From the NCBI GenBank assembly GCA_963796275.1, contig CAWCKY010000006.1, positions 928,001-992,000 on the forward strand: a stretch of 64,000 nucleotides of DNA, in the 5' to 3' direction. Below, one piece after another: positions 20,423 through 32,868 of this stretch. A program made the position numbers and the translations under genes. This DNA comes from an uncultured Acidobacteriota bacterium. Its GTDB lineage: Bacteria > Acidobacteriota > Blastocatellia > RBC074. The stretch's first letter is position 1; each line of letters starts with the position of its first letter. The notes beneath the pieces were generated by a model. It saw nothing but the letters and a program-made list of their open reading frames with translations. It searched no databases and was not told the DNA's origin.

Positions 20423-21615
20423 TTGAGATGATCCTTACCGAAAAAAATCAGAGTGACCGAAGTCAGAAGGGAGCACTTATCAGGCGGGCAATGCGACTAT
20501 TCCGTTTCCCATCATCTGCCTTTTATCTTCCTTCGGTTTTCTGCCTGTTGATTTTCTGCTCTGCGAATTCTCAATCCCCCGATTCATGGCCGCAATTCCG
20601 CGGCAACTACAATCTGACCGGCATTGCGCGGTCCCAGCCGCCGGCCGATCTTAAACTGCTCTGGACGTATGACGCAGGTGACATTATCGAATCATCTGCC
20701 GCGATCGCCGGCGGCACGGTCTACGTCGGCACCGGCAAAAGCGAGCTGATTTCCGTGGACTTGTCGAGCGGAAAATTGAAATGGAAGTATTCGACCAAGG
20801 AGCCGGTCGGCGATTCATCCCCGGCGGTCGGCGGCGGCATGGTCTTCGTGGGCGATCTTTCCGGGGTCTTTCACGCGGTCAATGCGAGTGACGGTAAGGG
20901 AGTCTGGACTTATAAAACCGGCTCCGAGATCAAATCTTCACCGGTCATCGTCGGAGACCGGGTACTGATAGGTTCCTATGATGGCAGCCTCTATTGTTTC
21001 AACGCGCGCGATGGAAAATCGGTTTGGAGTTTCAAGACCGATAACTTCGTGCACGGAACGCCGGCAGTGGTCGATGGCATCGCCTACATTGCCGGTTGCG
21101 ATGAGATATTCCGGGGAATTCGCGTCAGTGACGGCAAAGAGGTGATGAAGATGCCGGCGGGAGGTTACACCGGAGCGTCGCCGGCTATGGTCGATCAATC
21201 GGCCTATTTCGGTAATTTCAATAACGAAGTGGTCAAATTGAACCTGCGCACGCGCCGGCAGGTTTGGCGTTATTCGCATCCGAGGCGCCAGTTTCCCTTC
21301 TATTCTTCGCCCGCTGTCGTTGACGGAAAGGTGGTGCTCGGCGGCCGCGATAAGATGGTTCACTGTTTGGATGCGGCGACCGGCAAAGCTATCTGGACCT
21401 TTACGACGAAGTCGCGCGTCGAGTCATCGCCGGCGGTATCAGGCGGACGCGTCTATATCGGCTCGAATGACGAACGGTTCTACGTATTGGACCTTGCCAG
21501 GGGAACGAAGTTGTGGGAATTCACGGTCGGCTCGCCCGTCTCGGCGTCCCCCGCTATCGCGAATGGAAAGATTGTGATCGGTTCGCAGGATGGGAAGCTT
21601 TACTGCTTCGGTTAA
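20419..21615 (+). CDS. Exported PQQ-like/BamB-like beta-propeller protein
   Basis: WPQFRG followed by very regular SSP-V/I-x-G-x-VY-G...G...W blades; ATGA overlap with the ADH stop (true start may be further downstream). Confidence 0.85.
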   Translation: MIEMILTEKNQSDRSQKGALIRRAMRLFRFPSSAFYLPSVFCLLIFCSANSQSPDSWPQFRGNYNLTGIARSQPPADLKLLWTYDAGDIIESSAAIAGGTVYVGTGKSELISVDLSSGKLKWKYSTKEPVGDSSPAVGGGMVFVGDLSGVFHAVNASDGKGVWTYKTGSEIKSSPVIVGDRVLIGSYDGSLYCFNARDGKSVWSFKTDNFVHGTPAVVDGIAYIAGCDEIFRGIRVSDGKEVMKMPAGGYTGASPAMVDQSAYFGNFNNEVVKLNLRTRRQVWRYSHPRRQFPFYSSPAVVDGKVVLGGRDKMVHCLDAATGKAIWTFTTKSRVESSPAVSGGRVYIGSNDERFYVLDLARGTKLWEFTVGSPVSASPAIANGKIVIGSQDGKLYCFG

Positions 21616-21627
21616 GCACCGGAGAGA

Positions 21628-21712
21628 TGAGTGCCTCGAGCGGTAGCGATCGAATCATTATCAGCCGGTCAATAACGAAAGTTCGCTCGTTACCGCCCGC
21701 AAAGTTACTGAT
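21628..21712. repeat. Degenerate REP-like doublet (GAGCGGTAGCGA family)
   Basis: ctcgagcggtagcgatcgaa ... ttcgctcgttaccgc...tactgat; same family as 26816-26892 and 43556-43857. Confidence 0.6.
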
Positions 21713-21747
21713 AGTTCCTCTTCATTACGCCAAGATTACGCCAAGGA

Positions 21748-23940
21748 GTGCCATCAATGTGTAAACTAGCAATTTTTTGTCTGAAGGCTTTGTGTATCTC
21801 CGCCATTTGCCTTCTAGGCGTCAATCGCTTCATCGCGGATGTCTCTGCCGAGAACGCTCCGCAACCCCTCGCCTCATATAAGATCGAAGTAAAGCTCAAA
21901 CCCGATGAGAGAGAGCGGCCTAAAGATCTCGAGGGCAGGCAAAAGCTGACCTGGCTTAACGATTCACCGGACATTATCAGCGACCTCCAATTTCATCTCT
22001 ATCTCAACGCCTTCAAGAACGAGAAGAGCACATTTTTCAAAGAATCGGGCGGACAATTGCGCGGCGACAGAATTCAGCCGGGCGAATGGGGTTGGATCGA
22101 TATCAAAGAGATGAAGATCGACGGCGGGGAGGATTTGACTTCGAAGATAGAGTTCATTCATCCCGATGATGACAATGCCGATGACCAGACCGTGATTCGC
22201 GTTCCGCTCGCGAAGCCGATCAATCCCGGCGAAAAGATCACGCTCGACATCAAATTTACGGCGAGACTGCCGCGCGTTTTCGCGCGCACCGGTTATTGGG
22301 GCCGGTTCGCCCTGGTTGGACAGTGGTTTCCGAAGATCGGCGTGTGGGAGTCGGCCGGCGAGCGGCGCAGAACAGTCGCCGGGTGGAATTGCCACCAGTT
22401 CCATGCCTATAGCGAGTTTTACGCGGACTTCGGTAATTATGACGTCACAATCACAGTTCCGGCCGCATACAAGGGTAAGATCGGCGCCACCGGCAAATTG
22501 ATATCAGAGATATACAATCAGGATGGTACGCTCAATTACACATTCAGCCAGGCCAACGTCCACGATTTCGCGTGGACGGTCGATCCCAACTATCTGGTCG
22601 TGATCCGCCAATTCAAAGCGGACGAGCAGGTAAAAGATGAGGAGATCAACGAATGGGCGCGCCGTCTGAACCTTTCTCAGGATCAGATCAAACTCAAAGA
22701 TGTTTCGGTCACGTTGTTGATTCAACCGGAACACCGCGAGCAGATCGATCGCCACTTCGCGGCAGCGTTCAGTGCGATTAAGTATTTCGGCCTGTGGTAC
22801 GGGAAATACCCCTACGAAACACTGACCATCGTCGATCCGCCATACAACGGCGGCGGCGCGAGCGGAATGGAATATCCGACATTCATCACCGCGGGCACGT
22901 CGTGGTGGCCCGGGCGCGATCAAAACCCCGAAGGCGTCATCGTCCACGAGTTCGGCCACCAGTTCTGGCAGGGGATGGTTGCCAATAATGAATTCGAAGA
23001 ATCGTGGCTCGATGAGGGATTCAATACGTACTCGACGGCCAAGGTATTGCAGCGGGCATATGGGGCGGATCGGTTTCCCATCAGATTGATGGGCATTCCC
23101 CTGTTCTACCTGCCGGTTGAGATTCCTCATCCATATGAAAATCGCATTTTTACGCTGCAAGGGAAGTTCAATGATCCGATTTTCACGCCGACCTGGAAGT
23201 TTTATGACCAGATGAGCTGGGGGTTGAACTCCTATCCCCGACCCGGGCTGGTTATGAGTACACTCGAAGGTTATCTCGGCGAAGAGATCATGTCGCGCGT
23301 TATGCGCGAGTATCATCAGAAGTGGCGCTACCGGCATCCGGCGTCGCAGGATTTCTTCGACGCGGCCAACGCCGTTACGCGGCAGGACCTCAACTGGTTT
23401 TTCGATCAATTCGTAAAAGGCATCGGTACGCTAGATTATGAGATCGCTGAAGTGAAGAGCGTCCGATCGAGGACGGCGGAGGGGATCTTCGAGAAGGAAG
23501 GGCAGAAGACCGAAGTCAAAGCGGATGAGAGGTTGGAGAGCAGCCAGTCGTTCGAGACCGAGGTGGCGGTGCGCCGCGCCGGCGAAGCTTATTTTCCATA
23601 CGAACTGCTCGTGAAATTTCGCGACGGCAACAAAATTTTTGCCAAACCTATTGCGTTGCGGGAGGGAATGATCGAATATTTGTTCGAAGATACTCGCACC
23701 GGAAGGAAATGGAATGAATCCTGGGTCATCAGTGACCGCTGGAAGAAGTTCAAATTCACGACCCCATCCGAGCTGGAATTCGCACAGCTTGACCCGGAAG
23801 AAAAAATCCTTCTCGATTCGAATTTGACCAACAACAGTAAAACCACCTCTGCATCGGGCGCAGGCGCGGCCACGCGCTGGGCTTCGGGAGCCATGTTCTG
23901 GCTGCAGGCGTTGCTACAGCTCGTTAGCGCTCTGGGGTGA
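21748..23940 (+). CDS. M1 family Zn metallopeptidase, exported, with a hydrophobic C-terminal tail
   Basis: GGASGMEYP, HEFGH-x18-E (WLDEG), N-terminal hydrophobic segment, C-terminal AMFWLQALLQLVSALG. Exact start uncertain. Confidence 0.9.
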   Translation: MPSMCKLAIFCLKALCISAICLLGVNRFIADVSAENAPQPLASYKIEVKLKPDERERPKDLEGRQKLTWLNDSPDIISDLQFHLYLNAFKNEKSTFFKESGGQLRGDRIQPGEWGWIDIKEMKIDGGEDLTSKIEFIHPDDDNADDQTVIRVPLAKPINPGEKITLDIKFTARLPRVFARTGYWGRFALVGQWFPKIGVWESAGERRRTVAGWNCHQFHAYSEFYADFGNYDVTITVPAAYKGKIGATGKLISEIYNQDGTLNYTFSQANVHDFAWTVDPNYLVVIRQFKADEQVKDEEINEWARRLNLSQDQIKLKDVSVTLLIQPEHREQIDRHFAAAFSAIKYFGLWYGKYPYETLTIVDPPYNGGGASGMEYPTFITAGTSWWPGRDQNPEGVIVHEFGHQFWQGMVANNEFEESWLDEGFNTYSTAKVLQRAYGADRFPIRLMGIPLFYLPVEIPHPYENRIFTLQGKFNDPIFTPTWKFYDQMSWGLNSYPRPGLVMSTLEGYLGEEIMSRVMREYHQKWRYRHPASQDFFDAANAVTRQDLNWFFDQFVKGIGTLDYEIAEVKSVRSRTAEGIFEKEGQKTEVKADERLESSQSFETEVAVRRAGEAYFPYELLVKFRDGNKIFAKPIALREGMIEYLFEDTRTGRKWNESWVISDRWKKFKFTTPSELEFAQLDPEEKILLDSNLTNNSKTTSASGAGAATRWASGAMFWLQALLQLVSALG

Positions 23941-23953
23941 AGGAGGATGGAGG

Positions 23954-25033
23954 ATGATCAGGTCGTTTTTTATCGGGCTCCTGCACGCCAGCCGGAGCTG
24001 GAAAATGATGCTGCTGCTTCTCGTTGCCAATAATCTATTTACACTCCCGTTAGTCGTGCCCATTTTCTGGCTGGTGGCGCTCACCACTGGCCAAACACTT
24101 ACCGCCGACAGGATGTTCGCCGGTAATCTCGATGCCAGATGGATAATCGATGTCATCAATAATCAACTGCCTGGATTCTCACTCGAATCGACTGGGATAC
24201 AGATCGGCACGTCGATCGCGGTTATGGGCCTCATCTATCTATTGTTGAATACATTCTTGGCTGGCGGAATTATCGAGGTCTTTGCCGTGGATTATGGGCA
24301 TTTCACGATGCGAAGATTCTGGGCAGGCTGCGGCGCATACTTCTGGCGCTTCTTCCGCCTTATGCTTATCTCTTTGTTCTTTTACGGAGGCGCCGGGTTC
24401 ATCTACTTTGTGATACGGGGGACGGTCAACGGCTCTGCCGCACAGTCGACGTCGTATGAATCGTTTCTCTACCAGAGGTGGGGAACGCTGCTGCTACTCA
24501 TCGTGATGTTGGGCTTCGTTAATATGCTCTTCGACTACGCCAAGATCCGTACGGTGGTGGACGATAGCCGAAGTATGTTTCGTGAAACTTTCATTGCCCT
24601 TGGGTTTTCATTGCGGCATTTCCTCAGCGTATCAGTCCTTTATTTGGTTATTGCAATTATCGGCATAGTGCTCTTTCTCTCGCTCGCCTGGTTACGTGAT
24701 TCGATCGATCAATCGTCGATTATTACCCTGATAGCGGCGATATTACTGGGGCAAACGGCGATCGCCGCGCGCATGTGGACGCGGCTGACATTCTATGCGG
24801 CCGAGCTCGATTTTTACCGGCGCTATAAACCGAAAAAGATTCGGCCCCTGCCGTCCGAGCTCACTGCAGATACGGATACTCCTGAGGCGATTGACGAGGG
24901 AGTGGTAGTAGGTGTGGTGTCCGGATTCCGAAATCCGGAATCCTTTATTCCAGCGCCAGAAGAAGAGTTGGAGGCGCATCTGCATTCCCGCTCGATCAAC
25001 CCGCATGAGAGTGAAAATAAGGAGAGCCGATGA
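23954..25033 (+). CDS. Multi-pass membrane protein of unknown function, coupled to the M1 peptidase
   Basis: About 6 hydrophobic segments; FWAGCGAYFWRFFRL and FDYAKI motifs; strong RBS; 13 bp after the peptidase stop. Confidence 0.78.
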   Translation: MIRSFFIGLLHASRSWKMMLLLLVANNLFTLPLVVPIFWLVALTTGQTLTADRMFAGNLDARWIIDVINNQLPGFSLESTGIQIGTSIAVMGLIYLLLNTFLAGGIIEVFAVDYGHFTMRRFWAGCGAYFWRFFRLMLISLFFYGGAGFIYFVIRGTVNGSAAQSTSYESFLYQRWGTLLLLIVMLGFVNMLFDYAKIRTVVDDSRSMFRETFIALGFSLRHFLSVSVLYLVIAIIGIVLFLSLAWLRDSIDQSSIITLIAAILLGQTAIAARMWTRLTFYAAELDFYRRYKPKKIRPLPSELTADTDTPEAIDEGVVVGVVSGFRNPESFIPAPEEELEAHLHSRSINPHESENKESR

Positions 25034-25413
25034 AAAAGTTTCGTTCGGCGATGAAGATTCTAATGGCGAGCCTATACATAGCCGCAGGTATTAATCATTT
25101 TCTCCGGCCAGAGATGTATCTGCGCATCATGCCGCCATATCTTCCGTGGCCGATGTTCCTCCAATACCTGGCGGGATTCTTTGAAGTTGTGCTCGGGGTA
25201 TTTCTGTTTTTTCCGAAATACACGCGTCTGGCTGCGTGGGGATTGATCGCCCTCTTGATCGCGGTCTATCCGGCCAATATTCATATGGCGGTTAACAGTC
25301 ATCTTTATCCAGAGTTATCGGCGGTGCTCCTTTGGGCCAGGCTGCCGCTTCAGTTTGTTTTGATCGCCTGGGCATGGTGGTATACGAGGGAAGATTGGGC
25401 GAAAAATCTATGA
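25030..25413 (+). CDS. DoxX-like membrane protein
   Basis: AGINHF, MPPYLPWP, GFFE, AVYPANI, RLPLQ; ATGA overlap with the upstream gene. Confidence 0.8.
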   Translation: MKKFRSAMKILMASLYIAAGINHFLRPEMYLRIMPPYLPWPMFLQYLAGFFEVVLGVFLFFPKYTRLAAWGLIALLIAVYPANIHMAVNSHLYPELSAVLLWARLPLQFVLIAWAWWYTREDWAKNL

Positions 25414-25511
25414 CGCCTGGGATATCAGATAAAATATATTTATCTGAGGATAGCGGAGCGTTTGGAGTGCGTCGTCGGGGATAACTACCTGCGAGTTCAT
25501 CACGTTATTTG

Positions 25512-25548
25512 ATATTGTTCTAGCCCACGAAGCGGGCTAGAACAATAT
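25512..25548. repeat. Perfect hairpin (REP-like, possible terminator)
   Basis: atattgttctagccc-acgaagc-gggctagaacaatat, a 15-bp perfect stem. Confidence 0.7.
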
Positions 25549-25574
25549 TAAGAACTTAATTTCCAGAGTACTTA

Positions 25575-26773
25575 GTACTTTGGCAACTAAGTCTTCAGAT
25601 ATCTTGAATTATCGGGCAAAACGTTCTGATAATGACGATTCAATTTGTTTCTCGCAGACTCGATCGAAAATTGCCAGTTGATTTTGATCTTCTTTTCGTT
25701 ACGTTCTTTGATAATCGCCGAGACATCTCTCTCCAGTTGCTTAATAGTCGGGATGCGCCGGTTTAAACACTGACGCGCCACCGCCGAGAATTCACACTCG
25801 ATCATGTTGAGCCAACTGGCAGACTTGGGCGTATAGTGAAACTCGAAACGTTGCGCCAGCGCAAAGGCCTCCGCCGCCGGCAAGTTTTGATAGAAGGAAC
25901 CGGCGTGGTGGGTGTTTAAATTGTCCAGCACGAGTCGAATCTTTTTGGCCTCCGGATATGCTGCTGCCAGTCTCTGAGCGAACTGCGTGAACTCTTTCTT
26001 AGTACGTTGCCAAGAGACCTGCGCGAGTCTTTGCCCGGTCAGTGGTTCGATGGCAGCTAGCACTGCACACGATCCGTTCTTCTGATAAGCGTAATGCTCT
26101 TTGCGGACTTGGCCGCTTTGCATCGCCAGCGGTTCAACCTCCTCCCCGATCAAGAAGCACGGGCGCTCGTCGAAGCAGACCACCGGGTAGTTTGGATCAT
26201 AGGCCAGCGCATACAACCGGAGAATCTCCTCCATTTGCGCGAGAAACTTCGCGTCGATCTTACCAAGACACCAAGTCTTGTTGAGGTGCGGTTTCAGTTC
26301 GTTTTTTTCAGGATGTTGCCAATATGGGTCTTGGATATCTCTTCGCAATAACCCATCTCGACCACCTTATCGGCCAACAACCGCAAAGTCCAACGCACAT
26401 GCCCTTCGGGCGCTTCGCTGCAGGCCAAGGCTGTGATCTTCGCTCGCAACTTGCCGTCGATCTCCGGCGGACGTCCCGACCGCGGGGCATCTTCCAGGCA
26501 CTTGAGGCCTTGCTCTTTGTACTTATCACGCCAGGCCATGACCGTCACTCGGCTGACGCCGAGGGTTTCGGCTACCGCTTCGAGTGTCTTGCCGCGATCA
26601 AGTTCGAGCAAGCCCGTGGCTCGCTTGAAAGTTTTGGCCGGTAATTTCCCCTTGGAGATCAGGGACTCCAGATAGTCCCGGTCTTTTGCTTTTAATTTGA
26701 CGTGCCGTTTTTTCATTTTCCCATGCTCTGGGAATGGTGATCCGCGTGTCAAATCACATAGTTGCCAAAGTAC
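25575..26773 (-). mobile_element. IS630-family insertion sequence, copy 1 (1199 bp)
   Basis: TIR GTACTTTGGCAACTA at both ends; flanked by a TTA direct repeat; HTH ORF (DAPRSGRPP, WTLRLLA) plus DDE ORF (CFDE, VLDNLNTH, YTPKSASWLNMIE) joined at an A7 slippery site. Confidence 0.95.
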
Positions 26774-26815
26774 TTAGTGGTACAAAAAGTTGACAGCTTA
26801 GTTTGGCGCAAATAA

Positions 26816-26892
26816 GCGGAAGCGAGCGATGCTTTCGCCAAGATTTACTATTTACTACGGAAAATTGCGCTCGCCACCGCTCGCGGTACTGA
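26816..26892. repeat. REP-like doublet (GCGAGCGGTAGCGAGCG family)
   Basis: gcggaagcgagcga ... gcgctcgccaccgctcgcggtactgat. Confidence 0.65.
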
Positions 26893-26961
26893 TTCGCTGT
26901 CCAAATGAGTTCGCCAGCGTTATCGCCGCCGGATTTAAATCGCTCTGCCTGAGATTCGTGT

Positions 26962-28566
26962 TTAGCAATCCTCTTTCGTCAACTGATTATCTACCAATCG
27001 CCAGATCCCGTTCGAATTGACATTTCGCAGTTCAACCGGCAGAGCCTCTTGCGGAAAGTTCTGATAGCAGATCGGACGCGCGAAGCGATGAATCGCAGCG
27101 GTGCCGACTGAGGTGAAATGCGGATCGCTAGTCGCCGGATACGGCCCTCCGTGATGCATCGAGGGGCAGACCTCGACTCCGGTCGGGAATCCATTGAAGA
27201 TCAATCGCCCGACTTTGTTTTCAAGAATCGAAACGAGCGATTTGAATTGCTCCAGGTCCTCCGCCGTTCCGTGGATCGTCGCAGTCAGGTGACCGTGAAG
27301 ATTCGATGCAATTCTCTCGATCTCTTCGCGCGACTCGCAGCTTACGACGACGGTCGAGGGCCCAAAAACCTCTTCGCTCATTTCATCGTGCTGGAGGAAG
27401 GTTTGCGCAGTTGTCGAGAACATGGCTGCGCGCGCCTCGGTCTTGGTCAGATCGGCAGTATGATTGGATTGGACTTTATTGACGCCAGCGATCCCGCCGA
27501 TTTGTAGCACCCCGCGTTCGTAAGCCTGCAGGATGCCGGGATTGAGCATCGTTCCGGTCGGAGCATCGGCGATTAACTCACCCAGTCTGCCGACGAAGCC
27601 GAACAAACTCTCGTCGCGCAGACACGCAATCAACCCCGGATTCGTGCAGAATTGTCCCACGCCGGCTGTGACCGAATTCTTCAATCCTTCAGCGATCGCA
27701 TTACCGCGTTCGCGCATGGCTCCTGGCAGAATGAAGATCGGGTTGATGCTGCCCATCTCCGCATAGACCGGTATCGGTTCGGGTCTTGCGGCCGCCGCAT
27801 CGAACAGAGCGCGCCCGCCGCGAAGCGAGCCGGTGAACCCGATGGCTTTCGTGAACGGATGTCTCACCAGGCCGAGCCCAACTTCGTGACCGGCGCCGTG
27901 TAGCAGTGAGAATACGCCGCGCGGCATTTGCGTAGCTTCCACCGCTTTGATGAGAGCTCGGGCCACGAGTTCCGAAGTCCCCGGATGAGCCGGGTGACCT
28001 TTGACGACTACCGGACAACCTGCGGCTAAGGCGGAAGCCGTGTCCCCGCCGGCGACCGAGAAGGCGAAAGGAAAGTTACTCGCGCCGAAGACCGCGACCG
28101 GACCGATGGGAATCATCATCCGCCTGAGGTCAGGTTTCGGCAGCGGCTGGCGATCCGGGATGGCGCGATCTATCCGCGCATCCACCCATTACCCTTCGCG
28201 GATGAGCTCCGCAAACATGCGCAATTGATTGACCGTGCGTCCGCGCTCGCCTATCAAGCGGTCTTTCGGCAATGCGGTTTCAATATGCGCGCGTTCGATC
28301 AGCCCATCGCCCAATGCGACGATCTCATCAGCTATGCGCGTGATGAATACCGCGCGGTCTTCGGTTGACTGCTGCCGGTAAACGTGAAATGCATGCTCGG
28401 CGGCTTCCAATGAGCTATTGATCTGATCGACCGTGGCTTCCTGAAAGCCGGGCTCCAGCTCGCTCCCTTGTGCGGGAGCGAAACCCTTAAATTTTTTGTT
28501 GTTGGTTGATTCAATGCGGCAAGCGATGATGTTTTGTCCGTGAAGTTCCATAACAGTGTTTGTCAT
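26962..28566 (-). pseudogene. NADP-dependent aldehyde dehydrogenase (alpha-ketoglutaric semialdehyde dehydrogenase type) interrupted by an in-frame TAA at 28189-28191
   Basis: GERGRTVNQLRMFA..REG*WVDARID; VFGASNFPFAFS, FTGS, AEMGS, GQFCTNPG, EEVFGP. The two track ORFs are in the same frame. Confidence 0.85.
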
Positions 28567-28573
28567 CAATATG

Positions 28574-29413
28574 CTAACTTGATTTTTTGACGTGATTGAC
28601 CAATGTTCCGATGGGCGCGATCGTGATGCGGATCTCGTCTCCTGCCTCGAGCGTGAATTCATCGGGCGGGACGATTCCCGTGCCCGTGAGCAGAAAACAC
28701 CCAAAGGGAAAACTGTTGTCGCGGAAGAGATATTCTACGAGCTCTTCCGGCGTCCGCTTGAGTTGGGTGAGATCGGTCTCACCGCGAAATTCGACCGACC
28801 CGCTGCGCACGATCTCCATATGTATGGCGGTCTTAACATCCAGGCTTTCACGCCCTATCAGAATGGCAGGGCCGAGGCCGCAACTTTGCGAATAGACTTT
28901 GGCCTGCGGTAAATAGAGCGGATTCTCGCCCTCGATATCTCGTGAACTCATGTCGTTCCCGATCGTGTACCCGATGATCTGGCCGATAGAGTTGATGACC
29001 AGCGCCAGTTCAGGCTCCGGCACATTCCATTTTGAATCTCCGCGAATGCGAACGTTGCCTCCTGTGCCAACGACCCTATGCGGCGTGGATTTGAAGAACA
29101 ATTCGGGGCGCGGCGCGTCGTACACGCGCTGGTAAAAATCTCCGCCTCCAGCCAATTTCGCTTCTTCCATGCGCGCCGTTCGGCTGCGGTAGTAGGTTAC
29201 GCCGGCGGCCCAGACCTCCTGGCTGCCGATCGGCGCCAGAGCATCCTTCACCGGGTTGAAGTACGCTACGCCGGTTGAGTGACGCGACATACCTGTCAGA
29301 ATGGATTCGTGGTCGTCACGATTGAGCAAGACATCCCAATCGGAAGCAGGCAAGTGATAGAACATCCCGTTGTCTTCAAGCACTGCGCCGTGTCTGGTTT
29401 TATAAAGTTTCAT
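28574..29413 (-). CDS. Fumarylacetoacetate-hydrolase family protein, 2-keto-3-deoxy-pentonate dehydratase type (XylX/KdaD-like)
   Basis: [58 protein letters not shown]; adjacent to a KGSA-dehydrogenase-type gene. Confidence 0.85.
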   Translation of the reverse strand: MKLYKTRHGAVLEDNGMFYHLPASDWDVLLNRDDHESILTGMSRHSTGVAYFNPVKDALAPIGSQEVWAAGVTYYRSRTARMEEAKLAGGGDFYQRVYDAPRPELFFKSTPHRVVGTGGNVRIRGDSKWNVPEPELALVINSIGQIIGYTIGNDMSSRDIEGENPLYLPQAKVYSQSCGLGPAILIGRESLDVKTAIHMEIVRSGSVEFRGETDLTQLKRTPEELVEYLFRDNSFPFGCFLLTGTGIVPPDEFTLEAGDEIRITIAPIGTLVNHVKKSS

Positions 29414-29718
29414 GCACCGCCCTCGGTTTTTAGAGTGTAGGAATATTTGATGTTTCTTGCGTGATGATGGCAAACTTGACGTTCGGATTGCAAGGGATTC
29501 AGCCAGGCTATTTTGCAATCGGGTGGGGCAGCGGGATCCTGGATAGGTGAATGGAGTAAGAAGTGAAGGGAAGTAGGCAATTTACTGACCGGTCGGATAC
29601 TACTTCTAAAATCTCGAATTTCCATTTAAAATCACAAACACCGGTGCATTTGTCAGACACGAACGTCTGAATATGCGATTCAACCCTGAACCTATAAAAA
29701 ACTCGGGAGGATCTTTCA

Positions 29719-31062
<1,344 letters not shown>

Positions 31063-31065
31063 CAG

Positions 31066-31140
31066 AAATGAAATGCTAATTGCTAAATCGTGAACATCGT
31101 GGCGAGGATTACTAACTATCAACTATCAACTATCAACTAT
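31066..31140. repeat. Heptamer-armed element with (AACTATC)n arm
   Basis: tgctaat tgctaaa tcgtgaacatcgtggcg ... aactatc x3. Confidence 0.75.
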
Positions 31141-31152
31141 AAGGGGTCCTTT

Positions 31153-32679
<1,527 letters not shown>

Positions 32680-32770
32680 GCCGAACAGCAAGGGCTTCTG
32701 GCTCTCAAGACCGACAACGTTGATAACAATCAACTTTAACTGGCACACCCTTCATATATTTAGGAATCAG

Positions 32771-32836
32771 GTTCACCACAAACTTCTCACATAAAGGGAC
32801 GAATGCTGGTCTATCTCGGGTTTTTGTGGTGAATCA
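32771..32836. repeat. TTCACCACAAA...TTTGTGGTGAA palindromic element
   Basis: Inverted termini ttcaccacaaa / tttgtggtgaa; related copies at 36862-36950 and 50161-50250. Confidence 0.7.
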
Positions 32837-32868
32837 TTTCCCCCTGTTCCGGAGGTCGTCATCCTATT

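Noticed and set aside
11010-21615. Calling the propellers bamB or PQQ alcohol dehydrogenases
   Set aside because: No der/yfgM context, no clear lipobox in most, and no quinoprotein catalytic motifs.
28189-28191. Stop-codon recoding (Sec/Pyl or alternative genetic code)
   Set aside because: The codon is TAA, which ends many genes in this window, and it is one substitution from Ser.
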